Shown one piece after another: positions 18,246 to 27,149 of a stretch of DNA of 64,000 bases. The notes under the pieces were generated by a model. That model made no database searches. It saw only the letters and a list, made by a program, of their open reading frames with translations, and had not been told where the DNA came from. Source of the stretch: a phage; the NCBI GenBank assembly GCA_024673055.1, contig GCA_024673055.1_4537.1, one strand, 5' to 3'. Each line of letters begins with the position of its first letter. Position 1 is the first letter of the stretch. The translations under genes and the position numbers were made by a program.

Positions 18246-18561
18246 TATCGAATGGCGTATGTTACAGGGTGCACCTTTTAATAAGTGGGAAGAGGTTGTA
18301 GGAGAAGATCCTAGAATTGAAGAAGAATTTGATGGAGATTTTAACTGGTTCTTACAAGAAGGTCTTGACTTAAGTCGCATCTCTCCTTTCTACGATGCTG
18401 ATGAGTCTTATTGCATATATGGTATTTATTTAGAAGGCGGAGAAGGAAGCGTAGCTGTAGATCTTGAGCAAGTAAATGAGAATGCAAAAGAAGCCTATGC
18501 AGAGCTACTTGAAAAATATAACATTAAAACGGAAACTATTATTTCTCAACATGTCTGGTAA
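18235..18561 (+). CDS. hypothetical acidic protein
   Basis: 108-aa ORF, GAGGAGGAG SD. Confidence 0.5.
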   Translation: MGIDIEWRMLQGAPFNKWEEVVGEDPRIEEEFDGDFNWFLQEGLDLSRISPFYDADESYCIYGIYLEGGEGSVAVDLEQVNENAKEAYAELLEKYNIKTETIISQHVW

Positions 18562-18570
18562 GGAGAGAAA

Positions 18571-19137
18571 ATGAAAGTAGAAAAAACAAAAATTGAAGGT
18601 GCGGTAATTATCAAACCAGACGTTTATAAAGATGATCGTGGTTTCTTTTTAGAAACATACAATGAACAAAAATACGAAGATATCATTGGTAAACAAACTT
18701 TCGTTCAAGATAATATGTCTAAATCAAACTTCGGTGTTTTGCGAGGAATGCACTTTCAAACAAATAACCCGCAAGGTAAGCTTGTTCGTTGTGTAAGTGG
18801 AGAAGTATTGGATTTCGCTGTAGATTTACGTAAAGATAGTCCAACTTACGGTGCTTGGGACGGTGTTGTTCTTCGTGCACGACACCATACGCAGTTTTGG
18901 CTTCCCCCTGGTTTGGCACATGGTTTTATAGTTTTGAGTATGGACGCTATCTTTGAATACAAATGCACAACTCCATACGACCCTTCTAGCGAACAAAGTT
19001 TACGTTGGGATGATCCTGACATAGGGATCGATTGGGGCTTCGATATGATTTTTGACGAAGGTTTTAAACCTATCTTATCAACAAAAGATGCAATGGCTAA
19101 ATCTTTTCAACAGTTGCGTAGTGAGGGTGTATGCTAA
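18571..19137 (+). CDS. rmlC: dTDP-4-dehydrorhamnose 3,5-epimerase
   Basis: Cupin-fold RmlC signature DDRGFFLET and GMHFQ; 188 aa. Confidence 0.8.
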   Translation: MKVEKTKIEGAVIIKPDVYKDDRGFFLETYNEQKYEDIIGKQTFVQDNMSKSNFGVLRGMHFQTNNPQGKLVRCVSGEVLDFAVDLRKDSPTYGAWDGVVLRARHHTQFWLPPGLAHGFIVLSMDAIFEYKCTTPYDPSSEQSLRWDDPDIGIDWGFDMIFDEGFKPILSTKDAMAKSFQQLRSEGVC

Positions 19138-19973
19138 CATATCTGGTATTGGGTGGTAATGGACAACTGGGACAAGCTTTACGTAAAGTGGTTCCTTCTA
19201 ATGTATCTTTAATTTATCCTAAAGAACGTGTAGATATTACAAATTTTGAAGCTGTGCGAAACGCTATTGTTGAAGATTATGTAGACGGTGTTATTAACTG
19301 CGCTGCTTATACGGCTGTAGATAAAGCAGAACATGATTTTGCTACTGCTTTGGCTGTTAATGCGTATGGACCTGCAAATATTGCGGCAGTGTGCAGCAAA
19401 CTTAAAATTGATTTTGTGCATATTTCTACAGACTATATTTTTAATTACTCTCACCCTATTTTTGAAGATACTACACCTAACCCAATAAACAATTATGGGT
19501 ATACGAAAGAACTTGGTGAAAAAATGGTGCGAGGAGTTAACCCAAATGCATATATTATTCGAACAGCCTCGGTATATAGCGAATTTGGAAATAACTTTCT
19601 AAAAACGATGTTGTCTCGCTATAATGATGGACAACGTGATTTTATTATTGTTGCTGATCAGTTCTCTTGTCCAACATATGCTCCAGATTTAGCAGAAGCT
19701 ATTTTTGAAGTATTAAAGACAGGTTGGTCAAGGTCTGTTAAGACTTACCATTTTGCAGGAAGCCATTTTATTTCTTGGGCGGAGTTTGCGGAAAAGATCT
19801 TGACACAGATGCCAGAACCTGTTAAGATATCGGCGGTATCAGCTTCAACCTATAATGCTCCAGCAGCACGTCCGGTGAAGTCACAACTAGTAACCAGTCA
19901 CTACCTTACAAAATCAGATTTAAATAAAGGTATTGAACAGTCTTTAGCAGTATTACTTAATAAGGAGAGGTAA
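19131..19973 (+). CDS. rmlD: dTDP-4-dehydrorhamnose reductase
   Basis: N-terminal GGNGQLG Rossmann motif; YTAVDKAE and STDYIF motifs characteristic of RmlD. Confidence 0.75.
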   Translation: MLTYLVLGGNGQLGQALRKVVPSNVSLIYPKERVDITNFEAVRNAIVEDYVDGVINCAAYTAVDKAEHDFATALAVNAYGPANIAAVCSKLKIDFVHISTDYIFNYSHPIFEDTTPNPINNYGYTKELGEKMVRGVNPNAYIIRTASVYSEFGNNFLKTMLSRYNDGQRDFIIVADQFSCPTYAPDLAEAIFEVLKTGWSRSVKTYHFAGSHFISWAEFAEKILTQMPEPVKISAVSASTYNAPAARPVKSQLVTSHYLTKSDLNKGIEQSLAVLLNKER

Positions 19974-20233
19974 TGGAATTTGTAATTTTTGGTAAACCTA
20001 ACTGTCAATTTTGCGAAATGTCAAAACAACTATTAACCATGCGCAATAAACAGTTTGAATATTTAAGTCTTGATCAAGACTATGATTTAGAATCAATGAC
20101 TAAAACAGTTGTTGATCTTACCGGAGTTCCTCCACGCACATTTCCACAAATTCTATCTGAAGTGAACGGGGAGGTAACATACGTAGGCGGTTTTACCGAA
20201 CTGCGTGATCTCATGGCTCAAATTGCGGAGTAA
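19973..20233 (+). CDS. nrdC: glutaredoxin-like protein (T4 NrdC-type)
   Basis: 86 aa; CQFC redox motif near N-terminus; size and layout as T4 NrdC. Confidence 0.7.
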   Translation: MEFVIFGKPNCQFCEMSKQLLTMRNKQFEYLSLDQDYDLESMTKTVVDLTGVPPRTFPQILSEVNGEVTYVGGFTELRDLMAQIAE

Positions 20234-20238
20234 CAATT

Positions 20239-20388
20239 ATGAAAAGTAAACAGAAACGTAAGATCTTTTCTCGTGCTTTGGCAAATGAGCTGAAGTCCAA
20301 CATAAAGAAAACGAAACCAAAACGTGAGACTTCTCCAGAACATCTGTTGTTTAACGAGTTGGATCACGGAGTAGGAGACGATGAATAG
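20239..20388 (+). CDS. small basic hypothetical protein (49 aa)
   Basis: ATG 20239 after GGAG; fills gap before lysozyme. Confidence 0.3.
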   Translation: MKSKQKRKIFSRALANELKSNIKKTKPKRETSPEHLLFNELDHGVGDDE

Positions 20389-20395
20389 GAAGTAA

Positions 20396-20896
20396 ATGGC
20401 TAAAGTAGTAGATGAGTTTGATATGCTACGAGTCGATGAAGGACTGAAGCTTACTGTTTACCAAGATCATCTTGGTTATTGGACAGTTGGCATAGGACAC
20501 CTTCTGACTAAAATAAAAGATAAAGCAAAGGCTATTCAAATCTTAGATAATCTTCTTGGTCGTAAGACTAATGGAGTTATCACAGAAAAAGAAGCCCGTC
20601 AAATCTTTGCTGACGATGTTGCAAAAGTGAAGAGAGACATAAAAAACAGTACTATCTTATCACCAATCTATGATAAGGTTAGTGATACTCGTAAATTGGG
20701 AATAATCAACATGGTTTTCCAGTTGGGGTTAAAAGGTGCTGAAGGGTTTCAAAATAGCTTGACTTTAATCAGCAATGCATATTATACTCAAGCAGGTAAA
20801 AACATGCGTAAAAGCCGATGGTATAGCCAGACGCCAAACCGTGCTGAACGAGTAATTAAAGTTCTGACTTCTGGAACTTTAGATGCTTACAACTAA
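20396..20896 (+). CDS. e: T4-type lysozyme (endolysin)
   Basis: MLRVDEGLKLTVYQD...GYWTVGIGHLLTK...NMVFQLG...KSRWYSQTPNRAERVI closely parallels T4 lysozyme including the catalytic Glu/Asp/Thr region. Confidence 0.9.
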   Translation: MAKVVDEFDMLRVDEGLKLTVYQDHLGYWTVGIGHLLTKIKDKAKAIQILDNLLGRKTNGVITEKEARQIFADDVAKVKRDIKNSTILSPIYDKVSDTRKLGIINMVFQLGLKGAEGFQNSLTLISNAYYTQAGKNMRKSRWYSQTPNRAERVIKVLTSGTLDAYN

Positions 20897-20898
20897 TA

Positions 20899-20920
20899 AA
20901 GGGGCTTCGGCCCCTTCTAA
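20899..20920 (+). terminator. stem-loop (UUCG tetraloop), weak U-tract
   Basis: GGGGC-TTCG-GCCCC followed by TTCTAAAA. Confidence 0.45.
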
Positions 20921-20933
20921 AAGGAGTGCTACT

Positions 20934-21692
20934 ATGGGAAATAAAACCGCAGCTAAAACACAACGGCAGAAACTGGCTAATTCAGCAAAGATTGAAAGCC
21001 GTTATGCAGCAAAAGCGGTAGGTAATGACGATTACCGTTTAGATGAATTTATGCCTGAAGGGGACCAAAATAAGATTGTTCAAAGCATGATTTGGAATGA
21101 TCTGACTGTTGTAAATGCTCCGGCAGGGACTGGTAAAACCTCTGTTGCTTTATGGAAAGCTTTGCAGATGCTTCGTTCAGGAGACTTCCGTAAACTACTT
21201 TTTATCAAGAACCCTACTGAAGTCGGAGATGATCAGATTGGTTTCTTGTCGGGGGATAAAACAGATAAACTAGCAGCACACTATGAATCTACAAAACGTA
21301 TTTTCCAGCAATTCATGACAGCCAACAAATTGGAAAACGATATTGGATCAGGTAAGATCGAATTGAATATTCCTAACTATTTGTTAGGGGCTACCCTGGA
21401 TAATACAATCGTCATTATTGACGAAGCACAACTTATGTCAACAGAAACACTTAAACTTCTTATTGAACGTGCAGGTATTAATACGCATGTTATTGTATTA
21501 GGCGATGTTCGCCAGACATATGCAATTAAAAAACGTAGCAATGGTCTGCATCAAATTTTGGAACTTTTATATCCAGAAAATGAAGAAGGTGTTCGTGAGC
21601 CAATTGTAGATTTTATTGGATACGTTGAACTGACAACGGACGATAATAAACGTGGACGTTTGTCTAAACTGATTACTGAAGTGTTTATTTAA
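20934..21692 (+). CDS. phoH: PhoH-like ATPase
   Basis: Walker A APAGTGKTS, Walker B IIDEAQ; start ATG 20934 after AAGGAG (track start 20883 overlaps lysozyme and terminator). Confidence 0.75.
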   Translation: MGNKTAAKTQRQKLANSAKIESRYAAKAVGNDDYRLDEFMPEGDQNKIVQSMIWNDLTVVNAPAGTGKTSVALWKALQMLRSGDFRKLLFIKNPTEVGDDQIGFLSGDKTDKLAAHYESTKRIFQQFMTANKLENDIGSGKIELNIPNYLLGATLDNTIVIIDEAQLMSTETLKLLIERAGINTHVIVLGDVRQTYAIKKRSNGLHQILELLYPENEEGVREPIVDFIGYVELTTDDNKRGRLSKLITEVFI

Positions 21693-21727
21693 TAACATGG
21701 CAGGGAAGCCATTTATAAGGAGGATTG

Positions 21728-22228
21728 ATGGGTGTAGCAACAATAGCTATCGGAAGAAGCGGTATAGATGAGTGCTATCAAACGGGACTCGTAAAACCTA
21801 ACGAATTTCGTCAAATTTGTGTAAACCATATTGAAAAAGAGATTGCTCTTACTTTAGAGAATATGACCCTCCGAGATAAACTGGAAATGTTTAAATGTTG
21901 GTGTCTAGGAGAAGATTGGCTTTTAAACCATTTTCAAGAACTTTCTGATAGTAAAGAAAGCTTGTTTGATTGTATAATAGGAATAGCTGGCTCCGATCCT
22001 AGCCTTCTGCACATAACAGAAGAAGAGGCGAAGTTACTGTTCTTAAGTAATTTGTTTAATAAGAAAGCACTGCTTGTTCGTGATTGCAGTGATCTTCTTA
22101 ATAACCCGCTCGCAACGTCTGATCAAATTTTTGTTGACAAAGAGACACTACGTGCGATAGAATACATCTGCAAATATGTGAATGGCGGGAAAGCGGTTCT
22201 TAAAACATTAACAGAGGAGGAAGAATAG
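21728..22228 (+). CDS. hypothetical protein
   Basis: AAGGAGGA SD then ATG 21728. Confidence 0.5.
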   Translation: MGVATIAIGRSGIDECYQTGLVKPNEFRQICVNHIEKEIALTLENMTLRDKLEMFKCWCLGEDWLLNHFQELSDSKESLFDCIIGIAGSDPSLLHITEEEAKLLFLSNLFNKKALLVRDCSDLLNNPLATSDQIFVDKETLRAIEYICKYVNGGKAVLKTLTEEEE

Positions 22229-22920
22229 TGACGACAATTATTGCAACCAAAAATAAGATTTTGAGTGACGGTAAGGTAACTTTTGGTGGACGTGTAGATT
22301 CTATTAATTTCAAAAAGGTCCGAAAAATTGGAGATTACCTTGTAGGTGGTGCTGGTCGTCTGACCTCCGTGCTTTCTTTCTTTCAATGGTTTGAACAAAA
22401 TCTACAGTGCGAAGCAGCACGTGATGCTGTCCCTGGTTTGATGATTCACTCTGATCCAGATAAAGAAGATGAAGAGTTTATTGCACTTGTTGTTCATCCA
22501 GACGGACGTATTTTCCTGCACGAAGGTAACAACCCAACACGTGCATATCCGATTGATGAAGAATATTATGCAGTAGGGAGTGGGTCAGATTTTGCTTTAG
22601 CTGCTCTTGATGCAGGGGCAACACCAGAACAGGCTATGGAAGTAGCTAAAAAGCGAGATGCTTTTTCTGGTGGTGAAACATTTATTGAAGAACAAGACGA
22701 GATTATTGAATTAACAGATGATGATTTAGAAAACTTCTCCAAAGAAGAATTGATCAATCTTTTGAAATTCGGTAATCCCTACGGTGAAGAAGAACCTCGT
22801 AACGTGGCAGGTAACGAGGCGGATACTGAAGAAAAATCTGTTGCAGAAAACAACTTGACTTCTAAATCTGAAAATATTAATCTCGTAAATGTGGCGGATT
22901 TCGAAGGAACCGCTATTTAA
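22228..22920 (+). CDS. HslV/proteasome-beta-like Ntn peptidase with acidic C-terminal extension
   Basis: N-terminal M-TTIIATK (Thr1 nucleophile after Met removal), GGAGRL, YYAVGSGSDFALAALDAG matches HslV GSGG/active-site region. Confidence 0.55.
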   Translation: MTTIIATKNKILSDGKVTFGGRVDSINFKKVRKIGDYLVGGAGRLTSVLSFFQWFEQNLQCEAARDAVPGLMIHSDPDKEDEEFIALVVHPDGRIFLHEGNNPTRAYPIDEEYYAVGSGSDFALAALDAGATPEQAMEVAKKRDAFSGGETFIEEQDEIIELTDDDLENFSKEELINLLKFGNPYGEEEPRNVAGNEADTEEKSVAENNLTSKSENINLVNVADFEGTAI

Positions 22921-22925
22921 CAAAC

Positions 22926-22945
22926 TGCCCCTTCGGGGGCATTTC
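22926..22945 (+). terminator. intrinsic terminator
   Basis: GCCCC-TTCG-GGGGC followed by ATTTCTT. Confidence 0.5.
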
Positions 22946-22965
22946 TTAAACATAGGAGATTAATA

Positions 22966-23400
22966 ATGTTACAAGTTCCTGCTAAGTTTGTTGAAGGCGC
23001 TATCCACTCTTACCGTCAAACATGTAAGAGGGCAAGAAACTGTTTAGATGGTCTGGTGGCAAAAACCTATACTGTTGAAAAGAAGAAACGTTGGTTTGGC
23101 AAAGATGTTTATGAAGTTAATATTTTTGGTGAACATAAACTAAACCATGACACTCCTGAAAACATGTTAGAAATATTTCTAAGAGATGACAAAATATCTC
23201 CTATGGATTACCAACTTTTAAAATTTTATGATTCTTCTTTGGCTATTGATAAGTTTGTTGAAGATATTCTGTCTAGAAAAACAGATAAAAACACTTATCC
23301 TCTAGAAGCTGATCAAATAGGATTATTAAACGAGATTTCATCCTTTAAAGAGTTGGATAATATTACAAAAGAGGAGATTTTAGATGGCATTAGATTATGA
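22966..23400 (+). CDS. hypothetical protein
   Basis: 144-aa ORF, AGGAGA SD. Confidence 0.5.
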   Translation: MLQVPAKFVEGAIHSYRQTCKRARNCLDGLVAKTYTVEKKKRWFGKDVYEVNIFGEHKLNHDTPENMLEIFLRDDKISPMDYQLLKFYDSSLAIDKFVEDILSRKTDKNTYPLEADQIGLLNEISSFKELDNITKEEILDGIRL

Positions 23401-23893
23401 TCGCCCAACGAGCGATTATTATCCGACACCGCAAAAAGCAATCAATAGTTTGTTTAGTGTTATAGATTTCAAAAATCTAAAGGAAGAAGGTTGGGTTTTT
23501 GCAGAACCTTGCAGAGGTGAAGCTGAAGCGATTTATCGCCATTTTCCTGAAGGTTCAGAATATTGCGAACTTGAAGAAGGTAAAGATTATTTTAGTCATG
23601 AATGGGAAAATCGTCCCGACATTATAATCACAAATCCTCCATTTAAGTTAGCAATGGAGTTCTTGGAAAAGAGCTTAAAAGAGGCGGATGTTTGTATTTA
23701 TCTTCTTCGGTTGGGTTTCTTGGAGTCAAAGAAACGACGAGAGTTCCATCAAAAGAATCCACCAACAAACCTTATAGTCCTTTCAGAACGGCCTTCGTTT
23801 GTTGCAGGTGGAACAGATAAGACAGCATACGCTTGGTATGTATACGACCCAAAGAATCGTTTGGGCCTCTCTCAACCATTTTATTTTGTTTAA
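23384..23893 (+). CDS. small amino-methyltransferase-like protein (phage Dam-like, NPPF motif)
   Basis: IIITNPPF (motif IV of N6A/N4C MTases) and FAEPCRGEAEA (SAM-binding-like); 169 aa. Confidence 0.5.
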   Translation: MALDYDRPTSDYYPTPQKAINSLFSVIDFKNLKEEGWVFAEPCRGEAEAIYRHFPEGSEYCELEEGKDYFSHEWENRPDIIITNPPFKLAMEFLEKSLKEADVCIYLLRLGFLESKKRREFHQKNPPTNLIVLSERPSFVAGGTDKTAYAWYVYDPKNRLGLSQPFYFV

Positions 23894-23905
23894 GGAGTGT
23901 GAACT

Positions 23906-24142
23906 ATGGGTAAACTAATTATGACAGTGGCTATTGATTTTGATGAAGTAGATGAAAGCCTCAACCTTTCACTTTCTACTGACGTAGATGGCGAAATGGA
24001 TAATATTGAAGCAGCTACTGCTCTTTTCTTCAAAAAAGCCATTGAAGTTTATGCCGAACATGCTGCAAATCAGGCAGTAGATTACGGTGGTATCGTGCGA
24101 GCTTTAGTTCACTCTACCGAGGGCAATGACTGGGAAGATTAA
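23906..24142 (+). CDS. hypothetical protein
   Basis: 78-aa ORF. Confidence 0.4.
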   Translation: MGKLIMTVAIDFDEVDESLNLSLSTDVDGEMDNIEAATALFFKKAIEVYAEHAANQAVDYGGIVRALVHSTEGNDWED

Positions 24143-24345
24143 TGGCTTACAATTATTACTGCATTTATGCACATGAAAAGAAAAAAGGTGACACTGGGAC
24201 TAACGTTTATGCAGAGTCCGAATCTCATGCAAAAGAGATTGGTGCTATCCTTTTATCACGCTGGACTGGAAATAATTACAGTGCAGAAGATATGTTTGCA
24301 GAAGTGGATTCTAGTATCCAAGAAGACAACATAACAACTACGTGA
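24142..24345 (+). CDS. hypothetical protein
   Basis: 67-aa ORF coupled to upstream stop. Confidence 0.4.
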   Translation: MAYNYYCIYAHEKKKGDTGTNVYAESESHAKEIGAILLSRWTGNNYSAEDMFAEVDSSIQEDNITTT

Positions 24346-24390
24346 TATACTTATACTCCCTTTTCGGAGGGAGTATTTTAAGGAGGGATT

Positions 24391-24585
24391 ATGCAGAGCG
24401 GAGAAGAACTTTTAGAGAAACAATTCTCAACGCGTCAACAAGCTTTAAGTTATATGGTTTTTCTAAGCAATCTTGATGTGAATGAGATACTTTTACGGCG
24501 CGAAGGTAATTTCTGGAGCGTTAAATATCATGCAACAAGGTCTGTAATCTACCTGGAAGAGGCGGAATTCTCTTTGGTAGAATGA
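24391..24585 (+). CDS. hypothetical protein
   Basis: AAGGAGGGA SD; preceded by stem-loop CTCCC-TTTTCG-GAGGGAG. Confidence 0.4.
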   Translation: MQSGEELLEKQFSTRQQALSYMVFLSNLDVNEILLRREGNFWSVKYHATRSVIYLEEAEFSLVE

Positions 24586-24599
24586 TCCGAGGAGTAGTT

Positions 24600-25172
24600 A
24601 TGCGTTCAACTTTCACTGGCAAAATAAATGCTGGTTTGATTTTTACAGCAGTAAGCATTCTTAGCAAAAAGTTTAAAGTTGTTAACTTACCTGTGTGTGT
24701 CGATTTCGATCATGTTTTTGATCCTTCGAACCCCACTCGTTGCATAGTAAGGAGCAATGTTGAAAACCCAACAGAAAATCTTTTTTATGTAACAAAACCA
24801 TCTCAAAGCATACTTAACCAGGTTGAGGCGAAATTGATACCTAACGGTAAATATTACTCCTTTTTACCTTGTAAGTCGGTTGAAGTAGAGAATAGCAGTA
24901 CTTTCGCTAACAACTTGTCTGTATTCGTTTTCTTTGTTTCACAGGAAGACGAAACAGATGAAATGGTAGCAACAGTGAGATCACTTTATGACTCTTTAGG
25001 GGTTGTTTATAGTCAACAAGTGTGCGAAAATAATAAAGCCTGTGTAGATTTCATTATCAACGGTATTTGTGTTTGTAGAGTAGAATCTTTTTGGCTGCAC
25101 GATACATATGTGACTGTAGCAGAGGTTATATCTGAACCAAGATTTAGTCATGCGGTTTCGTTAATAATTTGA
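24600..25172 (+). CDS. hypothetical protein
   Basis: GAGGAG SD then ATG 24600 (track start 24582 lacks SD). Confidence 0.5.
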   Translation: MRSTFTGKINAGLIFTAVSILSKKFKVVNLPVCVDFDHVFDPSNPTRCIVRSNVENPTENLFYVTKPSQSILNQVEAKLIPNGKYYSFLPCKSVEVENSSTFANNLSVFVFFVSQEDETDEMVATVRSLYDSLGVVYSQQVCENNKACVDFIINGICVCRVESFWLHDTYVTVAEVISEPRFSHAVSLII

Positions 25173-25182
25173 GGAGGAAGGA

Positions 25183-25512
25183 ATGGAAATTACTACAGAA
25201 CAAGCCCTTATCGACGAGGGTCGTAAAATCTTAGAAAAGTATTTAGGGGAGATTCATAAAACCCCTGGCTATTTGGGTTGGAGAATTGTTGAAGCTGTAG
25301 ATTTCCTTCCTCGTAACAGTAAAAACGTCGAAATGCGATCTCTTTTCTTATTAGTAAAGGTGGATGGGGATACACCTTTTAAAGATGCCGCAGAACATAT
25401 TGAAAAAGTTGAAGAGAAAGCTTATGCAGAATTTGCCGATCTTGTTTTAGAACAAGAGATTGAAGGAAAGGTGAATATTTTTATTTTCTTAGATTTTGAG
25501 GAGGATAAGTGA
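25183..25512 (+). CDS. hypothetical protein
   Basis: 109-aa ORF, GAGGAGGAAGG SD. Confidence 0.5.
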   Translation: MEITTEQALIDEGRKILEKYLGEIHKTPGYLGWRIVEAVDFLPRNSKNVEMRSLFLLVKVDGDTPFKDAAEHIEKVEEKAYAEFADLVLEQEIEGKVNIFIFLDFEEDK

Positions 25513-26252
25513 TCATACACAGAGAAATTACTGTTGAAAGCGATCAAGATCTTTTTATAATTGGAGATCTACACGGTTGTTATAATTTGTATGAAAAAGG
25601 AAAGGCAAAGTTAGGTATCCGAGATACAGATGTGGTTGTATCTCTAGGAGATCTTACTGACCGTGGAAAGCAAAACTTTCGTTGTGTTTTAGAATTTACT
25701 CGTAAACACAATCGCTACGCTATTCGTGGAAATCATGAAGACATGATGATTAAAGGTATGCTGGAAGGAGATCGTAGCTACTACGAGTGTTGGTATCAAA
25801 ATGGAGGATATACGGTCTTTGAAGAATGTGGTGAAGAAGGAGCTACAGCCTTAGCAATGATGACAGAAGATTTACCTGTTGTTCTCATTGTTAACTACAG
25901 AGGCATGAAACTTGCGTTTATTCATGGTGGGTATCCATCTTCTTTGGAATATCTCCCTGTAACAGATATTCCAGAATACATTTCGAAGATGACAAAAACA
26001 CAGGAAAACCGTTTTGCTGAAGCACTTATGTGGGACAGAGATATGGTAGACTGTGCTAAAGAGGGAATGAAACTTCCTGTTGTGATGGGTGTGGATTATG
26101 TGTTTCATGGACACTCTTATGTAAAAACACCTATTATCAATGCGAATCGTGTTTATATGGATACTGGATCTGTGTTCAATAATAACTTAACATTTGCTTA
26201 TTTCGATATGGACGGTGGTCTTCAATTTTATTCAACTCTTGAGGAGGATTAA
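25509..26252 (+). CDS. Ser/Thr protein phosphatase (lambda PPase-like metallophosphatase)
   Basis: GDLHG, GDLTDRG, RGNHE motifs in canonical order; GTG start after GAGGAGGA. Confidence 0.75.
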   Translation: MIIHREITVESDQDLFIIGDLHGCYNLYEKGKAKLGIRDTDVVVSLGDLTDRGKQNFRCVLEFTRKHNRYAIRGNHEDMMIKGMLEGDRSYYECWYQNGGYTVFEECGEEGATALAMMTEDLPVVLIVNYRGMKLAFIHGGYPSSLEYLPVTDIPEYISKMTKTQENRFAEALMWDRDMVDCAKEGMKLPVVMGVDYVFHGHSYVKTPIINANRVYMDTGSVFNNNLTFAYFDMDGGLQFYSTLEED

Positions 26253-26560
26253 TGTATAAGATTACAATTATTCAAAGTGTAGGTAATATCCGTAAAGAAG
26301 TTATCTTAGAAACAGAAGATGTTAATCTTGTTCGTGAGATTGTTCTTAAGGAAGATAACCTGCAAGCTGTAGAATCAGATGCACCGAATCTTATGGTGGA
26401 TCAAGAATATTCTGAACTTCGTCGTATTTTTGAAGAGATTCAGAAGAAAGAAACACAACCGACCATAAAACCTTTTGGTCCTTATGATCCGAGCAATCCT
26501 AGCAGTCCTTGGATCATGAGAAATACGGAACCGTATACACCTTTTGAAATTACTTGTTGA
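26252..26560 (+). CDS. hypothetical protein
   Basis: 102-aa ORF. Confidence 0.45.
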   Translation: MYKITIIQSVGNIRKEVILETEDVNLVREIVLKEDNLQAVESDAPNLMVDQEYSELRRIFEEIQKKETQPTIKPFGPYDPSNPSSPWIMRNTEPYTPFEITC

Positions 26561-26567
26561 GGTGATT

Positions 26568-27149
26568 ATGGCAGAACTGTTCTATACGGGAGTTGGAAGT
26601 AGAGACATATCCGAAGAAGAGTGGGCTTTGATGGTAGGCATAGGGAAATGGCTTTCAAACCTTGGGTTTAAATTAAGGTCTGGGAAGGCAGAGGGTAGTG
26701 ATTCTGCTTTTGAAACAGGTGTCCAAGAGTCTGAAAATCCTACTAACAAGGAGATTTATGTTCCTTGGGAAAATTTCAAAGGTAATCAGATTCCAGGGGA
26801 TGTTATTGTTCTTGCAAAACCAGATACAATGAACTATGCTATCTCTGTGCAATGGATCAAAGATGTTCACCCAGCCTATGAAAAGCTTAAGCAGGGTGCT
26901 AGAAAATTGCACCAACGTAATGTGCATCAAGTGTTAGGTAGAGATTTGGAAAATCCTGCTCCATCATGTTTCTTGTTGGCTTGTGCTAATACTGATAAAC
27001 ATGGAGATGCAAAAGGTGGAACAGCTACGGCTTGGAAGATAGCTAAAGCCAATAATGTTCCTTGTTTAAACATTCGTGGGAAAACAAAACAAGAGATTTA
27101 CGATTTTCTACGACCTTTGGTAATGAGGGCAATAACAAGTGATTCCTAA
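26568..27149 (+). CDS. SLOG/DprA-like Rossmann-fold protein
   Basis: GVGSRD and RSGKAEGSDSAFETG resemble DprA/SLOG SGxAxGxD nucleotide-binding motif; weak. Confidence 0.35.
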   Translation: MAELFYTGVGSRDISEEEWALMVGIGKWLSNLGFKLRSGKAEGSDSAFETGVQESENPTNKEIYVPWENFKGNQIPGDVIVLAKPDTMNYAISVQWIKDVHPAYEKLKQGARKLHQRNVHQVLGRDLENPAPSCFLLACANTDKHGDAKGGTATAWKIAKANNVPCLNIRGKTKQEIYDFLRPLVMRAITSDS

